Assembly: GCA_038496445.1 (NCBI GenBank)
Contig: JALMLS010000138.1
Location: 62,001-126,000, forward strand
Origin: Trichosphaerium sp. ATCC 40318
Taxonomy: Eukaryota > Protista > Tubulinea
DNA length: 64,000 nucleotides
Direction of reading: 5' to 3'
Under the pieces are notes generated by a model that was not told the DNA's origin, made no database searches, and worked only from the letters and a program-made list of their open reading frames with translations. A program made the position numbers and the translations under genes. Positions 37,083 to 48,800 of this stretch are shown in pieces (positions within the stretch are counted from its first letter, which is position 1; each line of letters begins with the position of its first letter).

Positions 37083-38329
37083 TTGAAAGGATTTCTGAAA
37101 ATAAAATGGTGATAGAAAACTACAATCACATTTCATGGGACGCGGTTATCGCTCACCATGTATGTAGAGTAATTTAAATACTATCATACTTACTCCAATA
37201 GCCGTTGTTTGTGAATAGTTACAAACTTGATATTTTACTACCAAAAGCCAAATCACCGTACTTTGTATTTCTAGCATTGTGTCACGTGTTACTTTAATTT
37301 CTGATAACAGAGAGGTTAGCAAGTTTTAAAAGATCTAGCAGTGCTGTCAAATGATGTATATCTATCGCCATTGGAACTATTGCTGTGAACGTGTAGCGCT
37401 AAACACGCTATGAGCTCAAGCGATGTTTGCCACATTTGTAGAAGATAAAACCAATAGAATTTAAATTGACAAGCGCTATTACTTACACTCACAGCAGCAC
37501 TCTCATAGCATCAAAAGGGGTTCTAACATGCGAAACTCATAGTAAACAATGGTTTGCTTTGTAGACGAAGTGCTTGGTTAACACACCTCAAGCTAAAGGT
37601 AGTTTGTTGAACTTTTCTAAACATTTTAGATTGGACAACATGTCAATATTAACAACGTTTTTGATAATACATCACCAGATTTACTCAGGGCATATTCGTA
37701 TCCTATAGCATAATGGACAATAGAAGCAAAGAGATGTTACATTTGACAAGTTGCAATCGCGTTAGTCGTTTGACGTAAAACATGAACTAAAATCTCTGGT
37801 GGAAAGTCTAAAAAGAGTTTGTGCTTGTGGAATGTTAAATGTTGAACAGAGCGATTGGTATAGCATACCTTGACAGTCGGTATCTGGACGTTGATTCGAC
37901 ATATTGTAGCTATAAGTTACAAATTTGAGGTGCACCCTACATTGTACTACGAAAAGTTCTAGACAAGTCATGGTTGTAAGCAGTTTTTTTTAGCACAATT
38001 GTGAAAGCAGAATTTTTTCGTGTTCGAGATGGTTTGTGAGCACAGGTACCCCACCAGATTATACAAGCTATTGTGTTAGTGTATTTTATTGGGGTAATTT
38101 GTGTGGTAAGAGTAGAAGTCACGTGCTTGGTACTAATTGGGTGTTAGCTTTTGAAACTAGGTTAACGTTAACAAAAAACAGCGTTTTTCGAGTGAAGCCA
38201 GTTGATAAAACCTAAACGGGTTTTACCTCACAACTTTTTATAAGCGTTACAATACATCTAGTCACTGTGGACAAACAATCATCCAAGTTGGCATCTGATA
38301 CTTTGAATCAAAGGTAAACGTTGTTTACC

Positions 38330-38922
38330 TAATATCAGCTGCAGTCAAAGCATTCGCTGGTGTTCATACTATTGAGCCTCGCCATGTGACAGATGAAGTA
38401 TATATACCTACTGGCGTTCATACTATTACCTTGATAGCATTTTAGTAGCTGATGAAAGTGTCAAGGCACTTATTGGTGTTCATACTCTCAACCTTTGCAA
38501 ACTATAGTTACACATGAAACAATCCGCAATCTTGTTGGTGCACACAAAATCAACCTCAAAGAATGCGATGGCGTTACTGTTGATGGAATCAAAGCACTCA
38601 AACATGTCCATAATATTTGTTTTTCTGACCTTGAAGGCTCTTGGTTCGTAATGGACACATAGCAAACATTATTGTCCCAAATGTAACAGATGATGTATTC
38701 AAAGCGTTGATCAATGTAAAATGTCTTAGCATTTGTAACTGCTACGAGATAACTGATATGGGATTGAAGACTTTGGGTAGTCTTGAACACTTCAAACTGT
38801 TCACGTGTAATAAATGAATGCTGAAATACTTTAAAGCTCTAAAAAGTTCTACAGAAATTTACACTAACTATATTGCACGAAAGGTTGCTGAATCAATGAG
38901 TATTAAATTTGTTGGCTTCTAA
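38330..38922 (+). pseudogene. Heavily decayed LRR ('GVHT') gene
   Basis: KAFAGVHTIE, KALIGVHTLNL, VTVDGIKALKHVH, ITDMGLKTLGSLEHFKL in shifting frames. The tail resembles the 31376 copy. Absent from the ORF track. Confidence 0.7.
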
Positions 38923-40158
38923 AGTTTACAAAGAGCGAATCAAATCAAATATTTGATCGTTGTAAATACATCAACCCTGATTAGACAAGATCCTTCTCTC
39001 AACGTCACCACTTGGCCGCGCAAACACACAGGCTCTGAGATCCTATTATTACCATTATTAGACAGCAAACAATAGACTCTAGAATGTCTACTGAATCTTC
39101 AAACAATAACTTTTGATTAATATATGACGTAGGTTTACTAAGCCTCCTCTTTCTGTATTGCGCTCTTATCTGAAACTTTATATAACGCCATTTATCAAAG
39201 TTCTGCTTGGGAGATTATTACTAATACAATACTGCAATGGTAGCTATGTTGATACAGTCAGAATGAATACTGAGAGTAACCAAGCTTTAGTACACAAATA
39301 ATCTGGTTGAAACTATGTCACGCGAACACCAGTCACGTTTTTTGAGTCACGTGACAAAACAACAAAAGGTGTATACCAACTACTTATTTAGGTGACATTC
39401 AGCAACAACAGTTTAGTTCGTAACACGTGTTAAAAAGAAAAAAACGTGCCGTGACGTTCTTGATATTAAACGCTATATTCAGTCGCAGATATTTTTCACT
39501 TATAAACAGTCGTAACAATGCCAGTAGATGCTGTGTGCATAAGAATAAAAAGGGGCAAGCCAAAGTTTCTCTGAAATACGAAAAGAATGACGAGCGTGTA
39601 ACTGCTTGTCACGTTTTTGTTTTAAAGCATTCATGTGATTTGAGATCGTTTTCACAAAAAACAGTCTAGAGGCGTAATGTGAGAGCGAGGGAAAAAAGTA
39701 TCGGGCGAAACATGACCAAGTTGCGGGCACTCACATCAGAAGTTCCAAAAACCGACGCACAGTGTTTCTAAAGCGCGCTTTTGTTGCCTGAAAAAAACCA
39801 ATAACGTTTCGGCGTGGTTTTTACCCAAATATACTTAAAAAGTGCTACATTACTAATACAACATACTAGTATGCTTAAAACAACTCCGTGGACTTTCGTG
39901 TGGTCACTGCCAACCTTCAGTGAAAATCGCTTGATGTGTTGTCATTAACAGGTTTCATTTCATGTTCCTACTGTCGCCACAATACAGTGATGTAAGTCAA
40001 GAGTCTTAACACAATACCATGTTTGTAGTTTTTGTTGTATGGCGCAATCATAGTTCACTTCTCATGTGATCTGCTCGAACCTACACTGAATGACCAGTAC
40101 ACAATATATCAACCATTAACGCAACACCAACCCCAAATACGACATAAAAAAAGAATAA

Positions 40159-40533
40159 ATGGATAACATTCAAGAACAAGTATTTCTCTTTCGCTCGTCC
40201 TCAGCACGTGATGCTCGAAAAAAATCTAACAAAACAAAAACAAACAACTCTACTCTATACTTCCACTGTATCAACGTACCATATAAGAATACAAACAGAG
40301 AACGTGTGAAGCGAAGATATCAACTACAGAACGGTATTGCAAAATATAGACGAAATGCGTTTGCATATGAATATAAGTTCCCAGCGGCATTCTACACATC
40401 TCAAGAACAAGTTGACGCCCTTCTAGCGCCTAATCGATTGAGACTACATACAATAAGACAATATAAAGTTATGCCAGATACGCTATCACGACACAAAACA
40501 AACAAGATGAACTTGCAGTATATTGTAAACTAA
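40159..40533 (+). CDS. 124-aa basic intronless protein, inverted paralog of 20449-20826
   Basis: Shared core RERVKRRYQLQNGIAKYRRNAFAYEYKFPAAFYTSQEQVDAL and C-terminal MNLxYI(L/V)N. Confidence 0.6.
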   Translation: MDNIQEQVFLFRSSSARDARKKSNKTKTNNSTLYFHCINVPYKNTNRERVKRRYQLQNGIAKYRRNAFAYEYKFPAAFYTSQEQVDALLAPNRLRLHTIRQYKVMPDTLSRHKTNKMNLQYIVN

Positions 40534-41374
40534 AAAATAAGCAGAAGAGGCAAAATCACTTCTTCAAAATGTACAATAACCCTTACAGCGGTATCAACCG
40601 CATTGTATAATATAATAAAAATACACTACAACGAAACAAAACTCCTATGGTTTAGCTCAAAACAACATTTTCGCTACCTTTTTGTGACAGAAAAAAAAAA
40701 AAAATAAAGCCACACTCTACCAAGTAACCGCTTACAAAATCTTTCATTGGTATAACACAACGCCAACTAGGAACTTTTTGGTGCTCATACTATTTAAAAA
40801 CTTCGACCCGAACCATCACGTGCAATACTTAAAGTAAACTACCAAATCACGTGGTAGAAGGTGAAAAATGAACTCTTTAGGATATTAATACGAAGTACGT
40901 TAAGAAAGGATGGTGGCTTTGTCTACGTTCATAAAAGCAGAACTACCCTTCGCTTCTAAAAGATGTCCGAAAATAAGCTACATGTAAACTGCCAACTTTT
41001 CCAGAACCTCCCTAAAAAATCAGCTCACAAACATCCATATCATTTATAGCTTGCGCTCCATCAAAGAAGATACGCTCACAACCACGTACGTTATAACTAC
41101 ATACTACGAGGTCGTTAATTGGAACTACCAAACAAAAGTGCACTAGTTGGGAAGGGTGCTAAAATTGGATTAACAAAAGTCCGCTTTTTTTTGCATTCTG
41201 AATTATTTGAGTTTTACGTTTTATCAGGTTCAGATTGTGTTTATGAAAAAAATACGGAGGCTTCAAATTATCAACAGTCGTAAGTGACGTGATCACATGG
41301 TATTTGTAGGAATGGTTTTATTTTTATGCATACAAAGTTCTCACAAACAAAAAAAAAATTAAATTGTTTGACTT

Positions 41375-42717
41375 TTAATCCGATTTACTCTCAGAAGGCA
41401 ATTGAAGGCCTAGAATATCGGCTAAAGCAATATTGCTTCTTGTCAATGAAGCCAAGTACATAACCATAACGGAATCATGAATACCAGCTAATATAAGTAA
41501 GAATCAAGTCATATAAAAGCAACTGGGAGTTCTTTTGTCTCCAACAACAAAAAGAGATCAAAAATAGCTCTACGTGAAGCTAATCAAGTTGAGATAACGT
41601 ACAAGTAAAGAGTTTTTCGAAAGCAGGATCAGAAGTTGGTAGTTTGCCCAAAGCGTGATGTATTTTTCTCCCAATCTCTGGTGAACCTTCTGTTTTACCC
41701 TCCTACAAAGTATTACAACAAACGGTACAATATAACCATTTTGTAGAATGCCAAAAAACAAAGGAAAGAGAGCGCGTACCACTACGCTGTCTACGTATGT
41801 TGAAATTTTATCTACAAGACCTTGAAGTTGCTCTATAGATCCCATGAGAGACATGGCATTATCACCAAGTTTTGCTGATTCATCATTTGAGTGTAATAGC
41901 GGTAAATTTACTACCAAATACGTTAGCAGTTGTAAACATGGCGTCTCAGCAAGTTTTCGTTTCGTTCTGTTGTTTTGTTGAAAAAAAATAGTAAAGGCCG
42001 CGTTTAACGCTCAAATACGCGTACGTTCGCCTAACTCTTGAGTAACAACAGTTGGGAGAGGGTAAAATTGGGCTTGAATTTGCTCAGACTTGTCATCAAG
42101 CATAGTGAGTGGATCGTTGTAGTATGCCTGTGCAGCTGGCTTTACAGTTGAAGGTAGCGCAGGAATGAGCATATGGATTGGGCTACATAAAGTTAGTACA
42201 TATCGTTCTATAATGATTATCAGGGAATACACAGCGATTTTAACGCTTTTGCCAAGGTTTTTAAAACTTTGTATTGCCAATTATTAAATTGCGCTCACCT
42301 TTTGGACATTTGCATGCCGTAGAAATCATGTAGGAGTACAGAAGCGCCTGTAACTTCGCTACCGCTCGAGTACCATCCAACAATTTCGTATTTTGGGTGT
42401 AATCGTTTCAAAAGATCTGCCATTGAACGCATAATTTCAACATCTACGGCGATACTATCTTTTTCTGTGTGAGGTACAGGGAAACAATGATAAACCTCCA
42501 CAGAGTTCGTTAACTCATCAAATGTGCCTAATAGGGTACCAATAACCTGTTTCATAATTTATGAGCATAAATCCTGTTATCTATGTGTATTTACCCTTTC
42601 AGCGTTCTCTGGACGGCGTAGGTAGTGATCCAATACGGTAAATAAGACCACAGGAGCAACAGACACCTTTGAGTACGGTGCTCTCGTATTTTTCAAGAAA
42701 AGCGGTTGAGTGGTCAT
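41375..42717 (-). CDS. EIF3F: Eukaryotic translation initiation factor 3 subunit F (MPN domain), multi-exon
   Basis: PVVLFTVLDHYLRRPENAER|VIGTLLG...CFPVPHTE...EIVGWYSSG...SVLLHDFY; QAQFYPLP; DSVMVMYLASLTRSNIALA...SKSD*. Confidence 0.9.
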
Positions 42718-43131
42718 TTGTAATGTGTGATGAACGAAAAAACAGCTTGTGGAAGAATATTGTGAAGCGAAGGAAAATCGCAAGAAATTGTAACTCTTTG
42801 CGACGCATTTTATTAACGCTGAATAACAAATTCCACCGACCCTTGTAACAACTGCACAGCTTAACACCTCCGCGCACTAAAAGCCTGCAGCCGAAAAAAC
42901 ATGTGCTTACCATTCGACCAACTAAAAAAGGTAGACGAATAAACCGCCAACTTATGTGACCTGTGTAATGAATCAAAAGGCGTCCAACGGACTCAAAAGG
43001 GTAGGCCAGACAAACGCGCAGCGAATGGTCACAAACGACAGTAACACAAGGAAACAGTACAACACTAAAGACAACAACTTTAAAGAGGTTTATTGAGCTA
43101 CAACAATAAGATAGAGCAAATAGTAAGGCAT

Positions 43132-45437
43132 CTAAGCGTTCACTACAAAATACGTTAACATTTTGTAATAACAATCTACTAAAAATAACAAACGTACTGT
43201 AAGTGCTAGAGTCTACACCACCTTCAGGGTACTCTGGAACAGTAACGACGAACTTGCTTTGAATCTCAGCGAGAGTTGCCTAAAAAGAAATTCATTAGCA
43301 ACCATTCTTCTTTCGTTGTGTCCTTCTTATGCCGTACCTCATCTACATCATCAGCTACAAATGAAATAGCCAAACCTTTGGTACCGAAACGACCAGCACG
43401 ACCGACCTAAGGAAGAGGTAAGGGACAAGCTCCAAGAGTAGCAAAACAAATGAACTAACTAAAGTTTTTTCGCTTCTTGCGCTAAAAAAAAAACTCCAAA
43501 AAACAACGTACGCGATGCAAGTAAGTATCAGTGTTGTTCTTTTCAGTTTCGTTGTAGTTCTTTGGCAAATCGTAGTTGAATACTACATTAACCTTTTCAA
43601 AATCGACACCACGACCAAAGAGATCAGTAGCTACCATAATACGGGATTTAAACTCTTTAAACTTTTTGTATTGAGCAATACGATCAGCTTGCTTCATACG
43701 ACCGTGGGTACAGATCGAAGGGAAGTTACACTCGCGCAAGAGCTTGTCGAGCATAGTTGCACGCCTATAGTCTCGAATTTAGCAATCAAACGTTTTTCGC
43801 CGTTTTGTATTTTGGAGTAACGTACCTAACTGATGAGACAAAGATAACTACTTGATTAAACTCAAGGTCATCAAGAAGAGCAACAAGTTGTCTATTTTTT
43901 TCATCCTCCTTCAATTTGATATAATACTGTTGGAGACCATCTAAGGTGAGTTTACCGTCTGAAATGTAAATTTCCAATGGCTAGAAAAAGAAGGTCAGAA
44001 TAAGTTCTCAGAGTTCCAAAAAACGCTAAGCGTACGTTGTGCATGAATTTTTTGCAAATTGGACGAATATCGTCTGAGAGGGTAGCAGAGAACATCATGA
44101 CTTGTTTATCGTGAGGTGTCATCTTAAAGATCTTCTGGACATCACGACGCATGTCTAGGAGTACAATTAAGAACAAAAAAGATAACAATAATACAAGGAG
44201 AAATTTTTTTTCGTACCGATTGTGTCTAACATCTTATCGCACTCATCAAGAATAAAATGCTTTATATTGTCAAGTTTAAGTGTTCCTTCAGTGATAAGTT
44301 GAAGAAGACGGCCTGGTGTGCCGATAATAACGTGTGGTGGCCCGTCATTCAACATTTTACGGTTTTCAACAACTGGGATACCACCGTACACAACACCTGT
44401 TTTAATATCTGGAAGGTATTTCTAGTATAAGAAATAAGTAATCAGACAAGTAACAAGAAGTAAAGAAGTAAAACCAGCAACAAAGAAATTGAAAAAAACG
44501 AAAAAAAAGCCAAAAAAAGTAAAAAAGATTATTTACCTTGAAACGACGGAACTCGGTTTCAATTTGGTATGCAAGTTCTCTTGTGTGGCAAAGAACAAGG
44601 GCAGCTACAGCTGGTGGATCTGCAGGCTCAATAACGTGCAATACAGAAAGCACAAAAACAGCTGTTTTGCCCATTCCTGATTTCGCTTGGCAAATGACGT
44701 CTGCTCCAAGGATCGTCTGTGGAATACACTCGTGTTGCACCTGGGAAGGGTGTTCGAAACTAAAATGAAGAGTTAGTTTAAAATACGAGTAAGAAAGGCC
44801 GATTTTGGAGGGTTTTTAGAGCGTGGAAGTAGAGTTGGAAAGATATTTAAAAAAAGAAAATATTTAATCGTTGAGTCTGATAAAATAACTTGTAAAGCTA
44901 TTTTACGTTCTCTTTGTTGTAGTTTGAGCTAAACGGCGAGATTTTTTTTGTAGAGTTTCAAAGCTTTCGCATTGCAGAATCTTTGGCGAGTTTTGTTTCA
45001 TTTGTTAGCTGATTTTGCTGTACGCAAGAACAATTTGGGTTAAAGTGCGTCATTACTTCAATTTTTGCTTTCAAATTAAATTATACGGCCTACGGGTTGT
45101 ATAACGTACCCAGAGTCTTCAATTGCTCTGACAAGCTCTGGTTTCAAGAGGAACTCCTTAAAGCCAGAACTGTGCAAAGTGTGTGGTATATCGCTACCTC
45201 TACACGGACAAGGAATAAGGATGATGAACTAGTTGAAAAAGCAAGATCGTCGCGAGTCTGAATAAAGCGTCGTCCGAGTGTCTGCCCACCATAACCAGTC
45301 TCTTCGCGATTTTTCTGACGTATCAATTGCTAATTTGCTTACTTTTTGGTGCTGCCTTGTTGCTTCTCTTGTGGTTGGTCATCGTCGCTGTCGTAAGCTG
45401 CTAACTCATCTAACAAATCGTCTCTTTCTGTAGCCAT
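43132..45437 (-). CDS. UAP56: DEAD/DECD-box RNA helicase UAP56/SUB2, ~10 exons
   Basis: KKGS...[85 protein letters not shown]|[14 protein letters not shown]; ends SSTYMNA*. Confidence 0.97.
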
Positions 45438-45871
45438 GTTGTAGTAGTAGAAGTGAAAAAATTCTAAATGACTTGAGTAAACGTCTACTTTAAGTCCTGG
45501 TCTACTACGCCGTTTAGAACGTAATAGCCTAGGCGTTGGGCGGCTGTGGAAGAAACAACGGACAAATTATGTAAAAACTGCTAGTATGTTTGCTTTAACC
45601 GTTGACTTCGGCGCAATCTCATCGATATCAACAATATGAGTGTTTTCTGAGTGCATTCCGTGTCAAGTCTGTCTCAATTGAATTTCTTATGCGTTCTGGG
45701 TTCGTCTTGAGAGCTTGGTGATGGCATCACGCAATGCCCAAAAAACTGAAAAGGAAAGAAGTAATCTATCCTTAACTGCGCGTCACTAAAAAAAGCTACC
45801 GCACTAACATAAAGACGCTTGTCTGGGCAATATATCAAGTTGTTTTAGAAGCGCCTCTCGCACTTGTAACT
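45438..45871. promoter_or_regulatory. Probable bidirectional promoter between UAP56 and the giant surface-protein gene
   Basis: 434 bp between divergent ATGs at 45437 (-) and 45872 (+). Confidence 0.45.
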
Positions 45872-48800
45872 ATGAATAATAGCGAGAGAAAAAGAAGACT
45901 ACCAATAACGCTTCAGGTTAGTATCTGTACCTATATTAAACCAATAGAAACGATTTACAGCAAGCGCCGTTTCGCGAAATGATTTTCTGTTTTTAACTAA
46001 CAAAACATTACAGGTTATTGTCCTAATACTGGCTACAATATGCCTTCAAGGTACATATCAAAGAAAATACAGGCTTTTGATCAATTTCTGTTTATTTTTG
46101 ATAAACTCGCGGGTAAACTCCCTAACAGTTGTAGTGAACGCTGTTGCAAGCATATTAAGCACCAGCCAAGTGTTTTCGAACCCAATACTAAATCCCCCAA
46201 CTTTAACGGCTTCGGGTAGACTTGCTGATTTAACATTTCGTATAACAGTGAACGAGCCATGTCAATTGGTATGTTTTTGTGTAAAGATATTCAACACAAC
46301 GTTTGGTAGAATTGTAAACAAAAAATCACCTAAATTTAGAAGTTGTTTACCTTCTAACTTTATAATCAAAGTCTGGCCCAGCTCCATACGATGATTCAGA
46401 TAATATAACAGTAGTATCAAACACAGGAGATGCTATAGGGCTATTATTCACGTCACAAGACTCAAGTATTCCTCCATCGGGAGAGATAACGAATGTTCCT
46501 TTTCAAATGAACTTTCGTTATACATTACCTAATACACCAGAGAATTATACACTCGTTACTTTCACTGTAAATGAAGGATTTTGTATTTCTCCTGAAGGCC
46601 CCAGTGATGCTTCTTCGGAGTCTCATCCAGTAGATTTCTTACCACCTCAAGTATCTACTGTTGTGGCTCAGCAATTAGTACGACGTTGCTACTGATATCG
46701 ATTTATTGAGCTTTTTTTTTTGTTTGGATTTTTTTACATTGCAATACTAAATTGGCTTAGAATGGAGATCCTATTGTATCTGGTATTGCTGGATCTACTC
46801 TTAAGGTAGTATTTAATATTGAAGAAGAAAATTTCGTGTTGTTCGATGACACCATTGGAGGTGCTCAGAAGGACAACCTGAGAATTGGTAATAGTTAGTA
46901 ATTTTTATCATTCTAATTTAGTGTGTAGTTGACAATGGCGCTGCAGAGACTCTTAATTCTACGGAACTAGAATCGATTGTAACGTCTGTACAAGTTACTA
47001 CTACTACTGTTGCGTTTGATTTGGATTTTTCGGGTACACCACCTGATGACTCTTCATCGTACACGTTTAGTTTAGTAGATGATACTGTAAGTACTTTAGC
47101 TTTTTTTTGTTGTCAGAAGTATGTCATACAGCTTTCTTATACAGTATTTTAGACGCCTCTCACTGATAGCGCTGGGAATACTTATTTAGAAACACGTGAT
47201 GGACAGCGTCTTACTATATTAGTTGATAACAGAAAGCCTGTTCAAACAAGTTTTGTTGCTCTTCCTGATTTTTTTCAAAATTTGGTATGTTATCCCTGAA
47301 TGTTTTCTTGCTTGTTGACTCTTGTGTTAAAAGGGGAAATTGCCAATTCAATTTCGTGTTGTGGCTACCTTCTCAGAAGCTCTTGGAACAATATCAGGAG
47401 CTGATCTGGTATTGAGGTCTGAGTCTGGTGAAATCATTTCAGATTCTTTGAGTACGTACTTGGATGTTTTTTTTTGTTCTTAATTCTATTCTTAGCTACT
47501 GTTGTCCATGCGTTTCAAGGTGGCACGACACATGAGTTTCGTGTTACTGTCTCAACTACAGCTACACCTACAGTGAATATTGGGTTGTATCTACCTACAA
47601 TAACAGACGCTCAAGGGAATCTTTACGAAGACCCAGAATTTGGTATTTTGGGACAATATGTTGACTTGGATCTTATCGTACGTCGATTTCTGATATTAGT
47701 AGTGACTTTACACCCAAAAATGAGAATTTTGGTTTTTTTTGGGAGCTAGGCTTTCGCCTAAAGGAGAAACCTCGCAAAAATAAGTGGTTCATTTCGTCAC
47801 TTTTACTTTCTTTTCGAAAAATAATAGAAAAGAAAACCACATTTTTTTTTTGGTCAATCGCATCGTGGTTAAATGTTGTACTTTGTTGTATTCAGTGAGG
47901 ATGCAAAATAGAGTTTGTGCTTCCTCTTTTAATAATGTAATGGCAACATAATCAACTTTCACGTGATATCTCTCAGTTCGATTCTGAGTTAAAAATAACT
48001 TCTTTGCGCAGCTCGCTATCATCCTTTTTTTTTTGTTTTGTTTCAAATGATGATGCTAATGTGACTTTTAGCTGCCGCTTATTTCCGCAACGAATCCATT
48101 AGAAGGTTCTAAGATACAAGAATCTTTTCCTCTTGTTGTTACCTTCTCTGAGCCCGTAAAGAATGCTCGAGTGGATGACTTGGAAGTTAAATTACTAAAT
48201 GGAACAGAACGTAAGGATTTTTTTTTCATTTGTTGCTTTGGCGAGTATCTTACATTTTCACTTCCTAGTTATTGATGCCGTAACAAATGTGACCATAAAC
48301 TCATTCCAAAGTCAAGTCACATGGGATATTCTCCTACCAATTACTGATGATTACGTAAGTAGTGTTAAATGCTTTTTAAAGACCTTTGTCTTTTTTTCTT
48401 CGTCGTTCAGAGATTCGATTTCTGAGTGGCACTTCTCTGTTGAAACTTATAAACAACTTCAGGACACTGTAACGTTTATTGTACCGGATGTACTTCTTGG
48501 TTCTCAAATTATTGATATTGCAGAAAATCCATTTGTTGGAAGTGTTAGAAGTGGTGGTTCTGTTAGAGGAGAACCTTTTCTTACACTTACAGTCGATTTT
48601 GCACCACCTGTATTTGATCCAAGTATACCTGCCGTTGTTTCTTCTTCTGTTCAAGGCAATCCGTTTAGTCATTCTATTGGATTTGATGAAGATGTTACTG
48701 GCTTGACTGTGGATGATTTTGTGTTAATTCAGACAGATGAAAGGTTTGTTCTTTCTTTTTTTTTCTTCGTCGAAACTCGGCGCCTCATTGGGTTTTCTTT

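Larger units (their letters stand above)
35185..37308 (-). repeat. Right arm of the inverted duplication
   Basis: Reverse complement of 29118-31399 with indels. Confidence 0.9.

Noticed and set aside
1603-40533. Endogenous giant virus or Polinton
   Set aside because: No capsid, PolB, packaging ATPase, integrase or long TIRs were seen, and many genes in the zone have host-type introns.
41375-42717. PSMD7/Rpn8 or CSN6 as alternative identity of the MPN gene
   Set aside because: DHYLRR..RVIGTLLG, CFPVPHTE and LLHDFY fit eIF3f better.
42599-43174. 191-aa ORF and similar F/L/K-rich ORF-track entries
   Set aside because: They span UTR, intergenic or intron DNA, or are antisense shadows of real exons.
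45220-45318. C/D-box-like pattern (ATGATGA...CTGA...CTGA) in UAP56 intron 1
   Set aside because: It is antisense to the host transcript, lacks a terminal stem, and has no recognisable rRNA guide.
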